Shown: piece by piece, positions 37,779 to 49,337 of the stretch | Layout of the letters: each line of letters starts with the position of its first letter | Numbering within the stretch: position 1 is the first letter of the stretch | Assembly: GCA_012295275.1 (NCBI GenBank) | Contig: CM022671.1 | Span: 36,270,001 to 36,334,000 of the forward strand | Source: Chrysomallon squamiferum | Lineage: Eukaryota > Animalia > Mollusca | Length of the DNA: 64,000 nucleotides | Direction: 5' to 3' | Translations under genes and position numbers: made by a program | The notes under the pieces: generated by a model | Database searches by the model: none | Told to the model about the DNA's origin: nothing | The model's input: only the letters and a program-made list of their open reading frames with translations

Positions 37779-40700
37779 GCAATAATAATAAAAATAATAG
37801 TAATCATAAATTATTGTTTAACATAATGCAATCATCAGTTTAAATATTAATGTTTAAACAAGGGAGAGGAATTTTATAAAATAAAACAAGCATTTTTGTA
37901 CATATATAAAATTAACAGCTTTGTACATACCTCCAGAGAGAAGAAATATATTGTCATATTCTCTCTGTATCAGTGTTGTACAAACTTTGGGTCCAATTTT
38001 TTCATCCTCATCATAAATGACAATGATTTTTCCTGGCTGGTTTTTCTGAACACATTTGTCAAGGTTAAATTTTATGTCTGTACAGATTATTGAAATGCCG
38101 ATTTTCCTACATTTCAAACTTTTTTTCATAATTTTAAAATTGTTTTGGTTTTAATTATTTATAAAACTACTGAAGTGTTAATAAATTCACAAATGGACGG
38201 AAACCCCCCCCAAAAAACCCACAATTATTTAATACTACAAATATTAATTCAACAGTTAATTTAAAAACAAATTTCTATAGTGTTTATACTAAGGTTATTG
38301 AAGTTTACTTGAGTTAATATCAGAATATAACTTGAATTATTTTAATATATTATGAAGTCATTTATTTGAGTTATTCAAGTCATTTTCTGAAAATAATGAA
38401 GTATGAAAAACTAAAATAATAAATAATTTTTTTAATTTTTTTATTTTTGAAAAGGAAAATATAATTTTCCATTACACCTGCTGTATCATGAAGTTACATT
38501 TACAAACACATTTAAAAAAAAAAAATTAAAAAATTACTGATGGATTCAAAGAGTTTGTATTGATTTTGTTACATTTGAAACAACTGACTACGTGATTATG
38601 TTTCTTTATTTTAATATGTTTGTAGTGTATTTAACTAAAAACAAGGATACATAATGAAGCATATCTTTTGTTTCATAATTCACGGACCGGGCTAGCATTG
38701 CAGATGGGTAGTTTTTTGCTGAAAAAAAAAGGATAAAAAATTTGTTGATGGTGTTCACATTAACACTTTCAAGTTAAAAAAGAAAAAAGAAACAAAGCAT
38801 TATGTTTTTTATTATAAATAATTAAAATATACTGTAATAATGTCAATATTTACAAGTACCCTAACCAACAGTATGAATATGGTAATTAATACCATTTATT
38901 AATGAATATATGCATGTTTAAAACTTAATTTACCTCACAATGATATATATTCAAAAAAAATAAAATACATGCATGTTATAATGTATGCAAACATAATAAA
39001 AACTAAGTTACCTGTAATAAAGTATAAATTATATCGTAAATAAAATATGTAATTATGTGTATATTTAAAAATAATTAACTTACCTGAAATAATATGACAC
39101 TCTTTGTAAGCATCACTGTCCCTCACATCCAGGAGTAGGTATGGACAGGTATCGTCTACATATGGCACTGAGGGTGGGGGTGGAGGGACATTCATGTCTA
39201 TTTCTCCCACACCTCGCACAACTCTGAAAAATAAAATAAATATTTTAGTCATAATAAGATTTGCTACAACCAGGAAATCTATTTCAGGCTTAAACTGTAC
39301 ATTTATAAAATTTAGAAAGAGGAATATTCATCGAGTATTTTACTTTCTATCATATCAAAATTGGTTATTTCTCAAAATTAAGGCAGCAAACTATTTTATT
39401 TCTTCTCACAGTAGTTGCCCATCAACAGACTCACTGTCTTTCTACTAACTTCATAACTAACAAACAAAGCGTTTATAAACATTTCACCATTACACGCTTC
39501 AGAATAAAATGTTTCAAGTTTACCCTAATCAGCAGCACAACTGATTTAAAAAATAAAAATTTAACAGCTATGTTTAAGAAAGAAGTGTAGTAAACCTTTC
39601 CAGTGTGGATCGGCTGGACTCTGCTCCATCTCGTGTAGCAGGAGGAGAGATGGTCTGTGTCTCGTTTCTCTGTACACTGTCCACCTCTCTGTCAGCTGTG
39701 TCCGGGCGGTCACCTGCTGCCAGCCCGTTCTCAGACACATCTGTTAACACAAGCATCTCTTACTGTGTCATACACTTAGTCACACACAATTGTCTCTCAT
39801 CTACTTATCATTATCTGAGAGACACAATTGCCAATTTCATCTTACCTTCTTATAAATTTATCTGAGACATAATTGAAATTTGCATCTTATCTTTTTATCA
39901 TTTAATTAAGAGATTGTTAGCTGTTGCAACAGAATCTTTTTGTATCTTTTTATTCGGTTCTCAGAGTGATAACAATAAAGTTGTTATTAACTTCTTTTCA
40001 GTGAAAACAAATTGTGCTATTTATTACCATCGTCAAGACTGTCAGATGTTTAAATTTATCAGGAGAATTTTCACCCAGTTTATCATAGGCTGTGTGCTTT
40101 CATATCCACAGAAAGATTTCTTAATTATAAAATCACACTATAAAAACAATAGTAAAATGAAAATAACACACTAAATAATTAATTAAAAACAAACCTGTTC
40201 TGCTTGTTTGTTGAGATTCATAGTCTGCAATCTGCAGCACCTAAAACAAAATGTCAAAAGAAATCTTTTTCATAAACTCTTGCTGAAATAGTTTAATTTC
40301 AGATTTTAAAACCATGTGGTGTTTTGGTGTGTTTTAATTCATATAAAATGTACCTATGTTATACTGACATATTTTTACTTAAATTTGGTAAATTTCTAAG
40401 CAATATTTTGATTCTTGTTAACATCTAACTATGCTGAACAACATAAATGTATTTTGTTTTGTACTTTTTCTAATGATAATGTATGACACTCATTATATCA
40501 AGGCCATGAACTAAATTAAGTCTGTGTAATAGTTATGACATACATTGGAGAGATACGTTAATTAAATTAATTAATATAATAAAATAAAATACTCATTTAC
40601 CAGCTGAACAAATGTTGTAATTTTCATTCTTTTGAATATTTCTCCCTTCCTGATCTTGTAATCTGAAACAAGAAACAATAAACTTTAAATTGCCTGCAAC

Positions 40701-43700
40701 ACACAAACACTACATTCATACATCCTGCCATGCTGAAATGTTCACCTTCAAATCATTTATACATGGTCTCTGAGATAGACAGACAGGCAGACAGACTATT
40801 CAAATGAGTACAGTTTTTATCTAAAGTTTTGTTCTTATCAATCAGGATGGCATTTACTATCTGACTAGTGTATAACTTGCTGTGAAAGTTTCTCATATGT
40901 AATATATTACCCAAGTTATATACATCAACTGTTGTGTTAAATAATTTTGTTTATTAACTGTTATACATTATTGCACATTTAACGCTTTGAGTCATGAACT
41001 CATAATTTTGCTTTGAAACTGTTAATAAGCTGCTGAGCAAGCATTTATATCCTGTACTAGGAAGAGAAACCCATGTGGACATGATGACTCAAAACAGTAA
41101 GATGACTGCCTTTATATATTTATTATTTAACTACAAGAATCTTTATCGACCCTGTGATTATAATCAGTGGTATCACATATTTAAATAGTAAGAATGTTTA
41201 TCACCACTGTGATACATTATTGATATGATATTTACACTATGCTCTGTCACAATAACAAGTTTTGTCATGGCAACTAAGTGCATACAGTACACCATGAAAT
41301 AATCAATTGATCATAAAAGCTTATCTGTGTTCAAAACAATAATAAGAGCATTGTCATAGAGGTTTCTAAGTATACTGCAAACACAATATATCCAATTTAT
41401 TCAAATTCTGCACTGACACCTTTAAAAAATGTATTTAGTATCATATGCTGGAAATAAAATTTTAATTTCCTTGTTAGTAACATCTGCCTCTCTGTCATAA
41501 ACCACAAGTATGAAATTACTCTTTTTTCACAAGTATTTTTTTTATTATTTTTAATTAATTTATTTTATTTCATTTCTTTCTTTGCAGTAAGGGAAGTGAC
41601 ATTTTAAAGGGCTGTCATATTATGTCATATTACAGTTATCATAATATACTTACAGTCACTTGGTAAACTAATTTTATAACAGTTAATAATAGTAATCAAT
41701 GTTTTTGTCTTTTATATTAAGATAAATCTACATACTGTGCAGAGATCTCTACATTAACTATTACTGTTAAATATTAACTCACAAAGACCAATATATAGAT
41801 TGCTTGTCTTAAATATTTATTTTATACAATGGTACCTTGACTTACGAATTTAATTCATTCCGTGGCCAAGCTCATAACTCAATTTGCTTCTATATCAAAT
41901 AAATTTTACCAACTGAAATTAACTGAAATACCATTAATCCATTCCAGCCCCCAAACCCCCAAATTTTTGTAATGTTTTTTAAATAAGAAAAATGTATTTA
42001 TAAATGACAAAATAAAAGAAAATATAAAGAAATAAATTGATTTTGTAAAGTGTTTAGGGTTAGGATTTATAGCCTTTATTGACTGCTTCTGCTTCAGTAT
42101 TGTACATATTGTAGAAGAACTACGCTTGTACTGCCTAGGCATGTTCACTACACACTCATGTTATTCTGTGATTTTATGCTTTAATTCAATGGACATCATC
42201 CACTCTTCTTCTCAGCAGTGTCCTTTGCACTCACTTTCTTAGGATCCATGAAAATTTGGCAAAATACTGCACAAAACGTGAGCACAACACAACAGAAATG
42301 CTTCCATGGCGAGGTAACCACATGAAGCAAACAAGTGAGGTATGGGATGCTGGGCAGATGTTGTGTTGTTCATTGCGCCAACTAGCGGCGGTGTATCTGA
42401 AACTCACTCATAACTCAGATTTTGGCTCACAAGTCAAAGCAAAAAATCGACAGGCTACTGCTTGTAACTTGGAAAACTCATACATTGGTGCACTCAGAAG
42501 TCAAAGTACCACTCTATTTATTTTATGTAGTTCTGCGTTTCACTTTTATTTACGCACATAACAGGTTCAAGTAAATGACATTATATCTACTTTACAAAAA
42601 TTACTAAATTTATACCTAATACATCTGCAGACATCAAATAGAAGGTAAAATATTTAAAAGAAAGGATTTCAGTCCGACTAGTTCTACATGTATATAAAGA
42701 TTTATACAAAACTGCTCATAAATCAGAACTCTCTTCTTAAGGAAACCAGAATGCTGGTAGTAATGGAAAATAGTTTGTGTAGTTAGATAATCAATTTTGT
42801 ATTTTATTCAGTCAGCTGTGTAAATCAATAAACAAAATTATCATCCTTATCTGCTGAAATATTGAATTCTTAAATTCCTCTGAAAAATTGTGTATTTATT
42901 AATAATCAATACAAGTGAACATGTAAAAACATGCCTGTTTTACAATTTAGAAAAACTAAATCTAGCAATAAGGAATGTGTTTTTTATTATTTGTTTAGAA
43001 TACTCTTGTAACAGTGGAAATCGATGTTAAAAATACTACAATAATATTAACAATAAAAAACATTTATGACAAAAATATCAAAGAAAATCATGTCACTGTT
43101 GTCTAAACCAATCCATTCACTGTATCATTAAATATCTGATAATAAATAAACCCACTCAAAAAAGCTTCTGAATTAATTGATTTAACATGCTAGTACAAGT
43201 CAAAAGAAAGTATTCACAAACAGCCACACTTCAGCAACAACAATAACAACAAAAAATAAATAATAATAATAAGAAGAAAGATTGTCTCACTATTTCAAGG
43301 GGAAAATATTCATAAACAGCTAATTAACATTACTATGTTATTTAAACAAAACAGAATTTTCTAATTCATAAATATTATCTGTCAGATTTTGTTTTCAGTA
43401 ATGTACTGTCATACATTTTTTTTTCTTCACAGTAATAAGGCAAATATTTAAGTATATTTATAAATACCTCGTTTTAGTTGTTCAACCTTCTCTATATACT
43501 TAGTCAAACTGGAACCTGTAAAAGAAATGGTTTAAAATATTAAACTTGTTTGTCAAAGAAAAACTGAACACCTCAAAGTTGAACAATTTATGAAAGCAAC
43601 AAAAATTAACAATTCTGTCTGATATATTATATATGTCTTCTGTACATATATTATATGTATGGTGTTGATTATTCTACATATGATGTTTGAACAAATTTGG

Positions 43701-44229
43701 TATAGCTTGAGACAAATATCTTTAATGTTTTACTGAAGAAAATATCAAGCAAATAAAATGACATTGTTTTTGAATAGGTTTTTAGAGCTTCTTTTTCATC
43801 ATAAAGAAAATGGTTGTTACTTGTAACAATTTTTACAATATGGTTGAAGACAATAAGTTTGAAGACAATATGACATTATGGTTAAAGACAACATGACAAA
43901 ATGGTTATAGCAAAAATGACATTGTGACTGAACTCATGAAAATACTGTTGAAGCCAGTATGACACTATGGTTGAATACAACATGAAAATCCATTTGAAGA
44001 ATATGATAATATGGTTGGAAATTACTGCAACTTTAAAAGATCTAAACAGTCCAACATTTTGAACTTCAATGTGTACACTCTATGTGTTTTGTAAGTGCTA
44101 ATTATAGTAAACATTGACAAGGAAAGATATTCACCTGTATCAATTGTTGATTTAATATGTCTGTATTTTGGATTTTCAGGAACTCTTCGATCCATAAGCT
44201 AAAAGAAAAATACACCAAAATATATTCCT

Positions 44230-44273
<44 letters not shown>

Positions 44274-44789
44274 TTAATTGATTAATTAATAACTGTTCGT
44301 TTAATCCGTGAATGTGCAGCAGTCATATATTCATTTTCTCACACTTCTGATGATGTTCTGAAAGGCATTGATTATTTCGTTATGTTCCAAATTCTGATGT
44401 TAGTTATGTATAATGAATGAATTAGCACTAGCATTAAACAGAAATCCATAAACTTTGAAGAAAAATACCATTGAATTTATATATATCTGCAACCTTCTCA
44501 GAAACCTATTAATACATGTACAAACAGATAAATAATTGTAAATATTACGTTGGCCACATCAACTTTTTATACGGTAATAATGGTCTAATGGTAATAGAGT
44601 GTGCAATCATATAATTATTATCTTTTAAAAACAAGATTATTCAAACATGAATTCAAAATTTTGATATTCCTTCACGAAGCAATTAGCTGACATATTACTC
44701 TAAAGTCTGTTAACTCCTCCATAAACGAAAGACGACAACAACGAAAAACTTACATCGATTCTCTTGTTCTTCAAACTCACAGCCGACAT
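36957..44789 (-). CDS. CEP41: Centrosomal protein of 41 kDa (rhodanese-like domain; 11 coding exons, 342 aa)
   Basis: Exons 44789-44754, 44198-44135, 43515-43468, 40662-40601, 40240-40195, 39740-39596, 39223-39084, 38718-38651, 38045-37931, 37607-37422, 37075-36957 join in frame (1029 nt). Motifs: RVPENPKYRHIKSTIDTGSSLTKYIEK, FKRMKITTFVQL, SSRSTLERVVRGVGEID, CPYLLLDVRD, GKIIVIYDEDE, NIFLLSGGLKV. Confidence 0.95.
37143..37412. repeat. Degenerate AT-rich minisatellite in CEP41 intron 10
   Basis: Recurring aaacagaatattaata / ttattaatatttcaatac units. Confidence 0.7.
38046..38650 (-). other. U12-type (minor spliceosome) GT-AG intron in CEP41
   Basis: 5' splice site GTATCCTTGT at 38650-38641. 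Branch point CCTTGAC at 38064-38058, with the branch A 14 nt from the intron 3' end. No polypyrimidine tract. Confidence 0.85.
41827..42514 (-). mobile_element. Non-autonomous Tigger/pogo-like (Tc1/mariner superfamily) DNA transposon remnant in CEP41 intron 3
   Basis: Imperfect TIRs CAATGGTACCTTGACTT (41827) and revcomp GAGTGGTACTTTGACTT (42514), with TA on both sides. Decayed CENP-B-type HTH transposase N-terminus on the minus strand: MDPKKVSAKDTAEKK/MMSIELKHKITE*HE..PRQYKRSSSTICTILKQKQSIK (~42249-42070). Confidence 0.85.
43838..44018. repeat. Degenerate ~20-22 bp minisatellite in CEP41 intron 2
   Basis: Recurring atggttgaagacaaYatgaca-like units. Confidence 0.7.
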
Positions 44790-45240
44790 CTTGTTTTTAT
44801 TTGTAACCTAGCAGGATAGTCGGGATATCTCGTTTACTTTAATCACGTTAACGATTGTAGCCGAATCGTCGATAACTGCAGTGAAGCGTTGTAAAATTTT
44901 GTTCGCTGAAGTGTAGACGACAACCCATTTATATTTATTTATTTATTTTTGAATTGTATTCTACACACATACATATTAAAACTAACAATTAAAATAAATA
45001 TTATAAAGGGTAATTATACTAGTAGTAAGTGGTGTTGTTGCTGCTTCAAATATTACTTTTAATAATAATAAGAAGAAGAAGAAAAAGAAGAAGAAGAAAC
45101 ATTAAGGAGAAGAAAAAAATAATTTGTAACAATTAACATGTCGTTTTCTTCTTCTTCTTCTTCTTCTTCTTATTATTATTATTTTTTTTTTTTTTTGTAA
45201 TTGAAATCGGGTATCCCGGTTTGCTGGCATTACCATCATA

Positions 45241-45242
45241 AC

Positions 45243-45280
<38 letters not shown>

Positions 45281-45377
45281 TTGGTTTGCTTGATCCTGCA
45301 GCCATCACTTATATATATATATATATATAAGACATGGCTGCAGGATCAAGCAAACCACAAATATATCATGTGTTAGT
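45241..45377. repeat. Inverted repeat/palindrome with a (TA)n centre in the divergent promoter region
   Basis: Perfect 24-bp arms tggtttgcttgatcctgcagccat (45282-45305) and atggctgcaggatcaagcaaacca (45334-45357), plus outer actaacaca/tgtgttagt matches. Confidence 0.9.
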
Positions 45378-45943
45378 AAATAAAAATAATTTTATTAAGT
45401 CACTCTAAAATAGTTTCGACTAGTTTTTGGGGCAGCTAAAAGTTATTTTCTTTGTCTGTTCGCGACACTAAATTGCTATTATTCTGCTAACAAGGGGCAG
45501 AACTGTTAAGGTATATGATTTTTACCGAGAACATCATAGAACACAGTATATGGACGAAATTACTAGCGGGACATACGTATTAGTCGATAAACTATGTTGT
45601 CACTTCGGAAGGAAAAGCCCGCTGAATACCGATTCGTCAGCTGAAGTCACATGCGAATTATGATCTTAGAAAATGTGAACTTGAGATTTAGTGTCTGTGA
45701 CACTGACAAGTTACATGCTATAATAATAACTGGACAGTATCGCTTGTCGTGATAAACAGACGTTCATACGAACAGAAATTATTCATTAGAAAGGAAATCA
45801 AATATATGTGACACTTTTTTGCGCGTGCTGAGAAGATTGAAGTATTCACAGTACTGTGAGTGTCAGTCTTCAGTAAACCCTATTAAACGTAAGTCGTAGG
45901 CACAAAAGTACATTTTATTTAAAACAACTACGAGCATTTCGAT

Positions 45944-48900
45944 ATGGCCCCAGCTAACATATTACGTTTATTTAGTGTATTCACTGTAATATTATATTTT
46001 GCTATTTCATATGGTTTGCAAAAGGACAATTTAAGGCTCCTTGAAAAACGACAAGCACCAGGATTTAATAATCCTCAGAAATCGTGGTGGGCCAAAGAAA
46101 TAACAGTAGATTTGCATGTTGCAGGCCGACTGTCGGAGCGCCAGATGAAGTATACTCTAGAATCTGGTTTTAAAAGTATTTTATCATTGTTCTTCTATGG
46201 TGACAGCCAGCAGGGCAATTTTGGTGGAGAGAAATTGCCAACGACCAAACAAGCGATGGATATCGCAGATTCCATAGGTATTCATTTTGCATTTATTCTT
46301 AACCCTGAAGATACATGGTACAGTGTTAAAGCAGTTGAAAAACTAACCCAGGTTCTGTCATCTGTGCCTCATCCAGTGTTACTGTTTTCTGATCAAAGTT
46401 ACACCATCAGTTTTGTTACACTGATGCATCTTGCAAACCAGACACGTTACAACAAGAACTTTGAACCAAAAATTAACAGTGAGCAGTTTTATCAAATAGC
46501 TGCATCAATGGGTTTAGATTTTACTGAGGATTTCCTGAAAAAAACAGTTTCTGAGATAACGGGAGAACCTGTAGTAGAATACCCAGTGATGCCATACGTA
46601 ATTCCCGCAAACTGGACAGGTTATTGGCTAGGTCATCCTGTATATAAGAACTGGCATACAGCTGGTCAAATTACACCAGCACACATTAAAATTTTAGAAA
46701 GCCTTGGTTTTAAAGCAGTAATTAACCTTCGTGCCGGAGTTCAGTTTGAAAATAAACCTTCACAAGAAGAGGTAGCTCTTCTTAACATCAAGGCTGAAAC
46801 TGGAACATACGGTAATGATCAGCATCAACCACGTCAGTCAATAAAGAGATTGGAAGAAACAAGAATTGACCCAAATAAACCAAATACTTACATCAGCAAG
46901 ACATCTTTGGTGAATTACGAAGTTATGAATCCGGAAGAATTTGGAGATGAAATTGGTTACAATGAAAACTTAGAGAAGGAAGCTTTTCAGAAGTCGTCTA
47001 TCAGTTATTACCACTTCGCATGGACTTCCAGTGCTAGTGAGTAAAAATATTCACATAGCGTCTCATTGGGAAAAAATATATTAAAATTTTAGATGAACAT
47101 CTGTAGGTTTAAAATGTTCATTTGGCTGTAAATATGCTAAATGAAATTTTCACATTATTATTTATTTTATTTATTACAATTACTTTTTGTTGTATATTTT
47201 TACTAATCAGTGCTAACAGTGACATAAAAAACACAACAAGATGCAGATGTTTTCATACATAGTAGTCATGAAACCATGAAAGACTTAATAATGCTATTTT
47301 TTAGCAATAAAAGTATGTAAATGGAATGGTAATAAAAGGGAAAATGTCAGTTTCCATGTACCTTCATTGGCATTGTCATTTTAATATGTGTCTAACAAAA
47401 AGTAAAAATTTATCAGCTTTCTGATAACTAGATTCTTTATTTTTGTGTTTCATAAAATAGAGCCTAACTTATTTTAAACATGCTTTCTAAACCTTAGTAA
47501 GTTTTGTAAATAATAATAATTAGTTCATGATTCTAAAGTGTCTGTTTTATAATACAGTGAAGGATGAAAGAGCTATTGATTTCTTTGAGAGGAACATGAA
47601 GAAAATGGTAGAAATTGGCAAGAGTGGCCCAGTTTTGGTGCATTGTAGAACAGCCAAACGAGCAGGTGAAAATCATTTCATGTTTATTGTTACAGAGTAT
47701 CACATCACACAAATTAAATAATCAGTCACTTCATGCATTTTTACTTTCAAATGTACACTTTTTATTATTATTATAATTTTTTTTTTTTTCAATGTATATG
47801 TGTTTGCATGTATATATATAAAATATGAACCAAATGTGTTTAAATAGATGAATGTGTATTTATATATATATATATATTGAAGGGGTTAGAGCCAGATGGT
47901 CTTAAGTGTGTGTGTGTGTGTGTGTGTGTGCAGATGTATGTATTTGTGTGTATATATATATATATATAAAATGTGAACCAAATGTGTTTAAATAGCTGAA
48001 TGAAATTATTTTGTGATTGAAAGTTAATCTCTCCTGCAGACATAAATAAATGAACGGATAAATATTTAACAACAGCCCAGCATAAAAAATCATAAATATT
48101 ATTACTATGAAATTAAATAGTAAAATAATATAAAAATTACAGAAGTTTTATAAAACACATCATACAGTGTCAGACTAAGAAGCAGTGTGTCAAAGTATAA
48201 AATAATTTAGTTAAAACAAACGTTATCTGTGAATGATTACCTACACCTACTTGAATAAAATCTACTTTATCTCTGAATAATCATGTACAAATGCTTGAAT
48301 AGAATCTGTATTGACTATATAAATTGATTTATGTACACCTACACTAATAAGCCTCTCTGCTGTGGAGAATAATTCCAGTACACAAGTATTTACATGAATG
48401 ATCTCAAATTCATTATTAAAATGAGATGACATTTTTTTTTTTTTTTTTTTTTTTTTTTATTATTTCTAGTAAACATTTATTAGATAGATAAAGGATGTTA
48501 CCTGATATCTGCGGCTGTAACATGCAGCTTATGCCAAGGACAGAACAAGTGTGATAGTGTATTAATAAGTTTAGTGACAGAACTAATCTCACTACACAAA
48601 GTATTTCACTCAGAAGACAATCTGATGCATATAAATTATTTTGTCTGTTGGTATCATATATCAGCTGGTATTAAAAAACCTTGTTTTTACTTTAATAATC
48701 AAATATTTACATTAAAAGCCTTGTTCATACTTTAATAATCAAATTTATTTACAACAAAAACCTTGTTCATACATTAATAATCAAATATTTGTGTATATAT
48801 AAAAACAGAACAAACTTGTTCATACTTTCAAATATATTTACATTAAAAAACATTGTTTGTACTTTAATAATCAAATATTTGTATAAAAAAAAAATTGTTA

Positions 48901-49337
48901 CTTTAATAATTAAATATTTACATTAAAAAAACCTTACTTTAATAATCAAATGTTTACATAAACATCTTCTTACTTCAAATATTTGCAAAACAAGGAATTG
49001 TTGAGTAATACACAAAACTTTAGTCATCGCTGATTATTCTTTACACATAAACTTTATGGAACTTGCATTTAACAAGAAAATTAGTTTTTAATGACGGCCT
49101 CATTGTATGTAAGGGTTTCAATTGTAGAAATATATTTAAAATCTGTTTATAAAAGTGATGTTTGTTTTTGTATTCACAGCTTATGTAGCTGTCAGTGCAG
49201 CTGCTTTGCAGCATGGGATGAGTTTTGACTGGGCTCTACAGAGATCCAGAGAACTGGGTTTTGCAGTCAGTGAAGAGAAAAAACCATTCATATATAGAGC
49301 CATCAAGAGCATGTTCACACCACATGATGAATTGTAA
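45944..49337 (+). CDS. Uncharacterised ER-lumenal protein with tandem DUF442/TIGR01244-like (PTP-fold CX5R) domains, 452 aa
   Basis: Exons 45944-47036, 47558-47665 and 49180-49337 join in frame (1359 nt). Hydrophobic signal peptide. Repeat 1: VAGRLSERQMKYTLESGFKSILSL..PVLLFSDQS. Repeat 2: TAGQITPAHIKILESLGFKAVINLR..GPVLVHCRTAKRA..ALQRSRELGF. Ends PHDEL*. Family assignment is by motif recognition, not by database search. Confidence 0.85.
48670..48985. repeat. Degenerate ~35-45 bp minisatellite in intron 2 of the DUF442-like gene
   Basis: The unit aaaaccttgttcatactttaataatcaaatatttacatt recurs about 8 times. Confidence 0.75.

Noticed and set aside
44345-44400. C/D-box snoRNA-like TGATGA...CTGA
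   Set aside because: Too short, antisense to the host intron, and no terminal stem or recognisable guide.
44803-44815. RFX X-box upstream of CEP41 (GTAACCTAGCAGG)
   Set aside because: Plausible for a ciliary gene, but the second half-site has two mismatches, so it is too weak to call.
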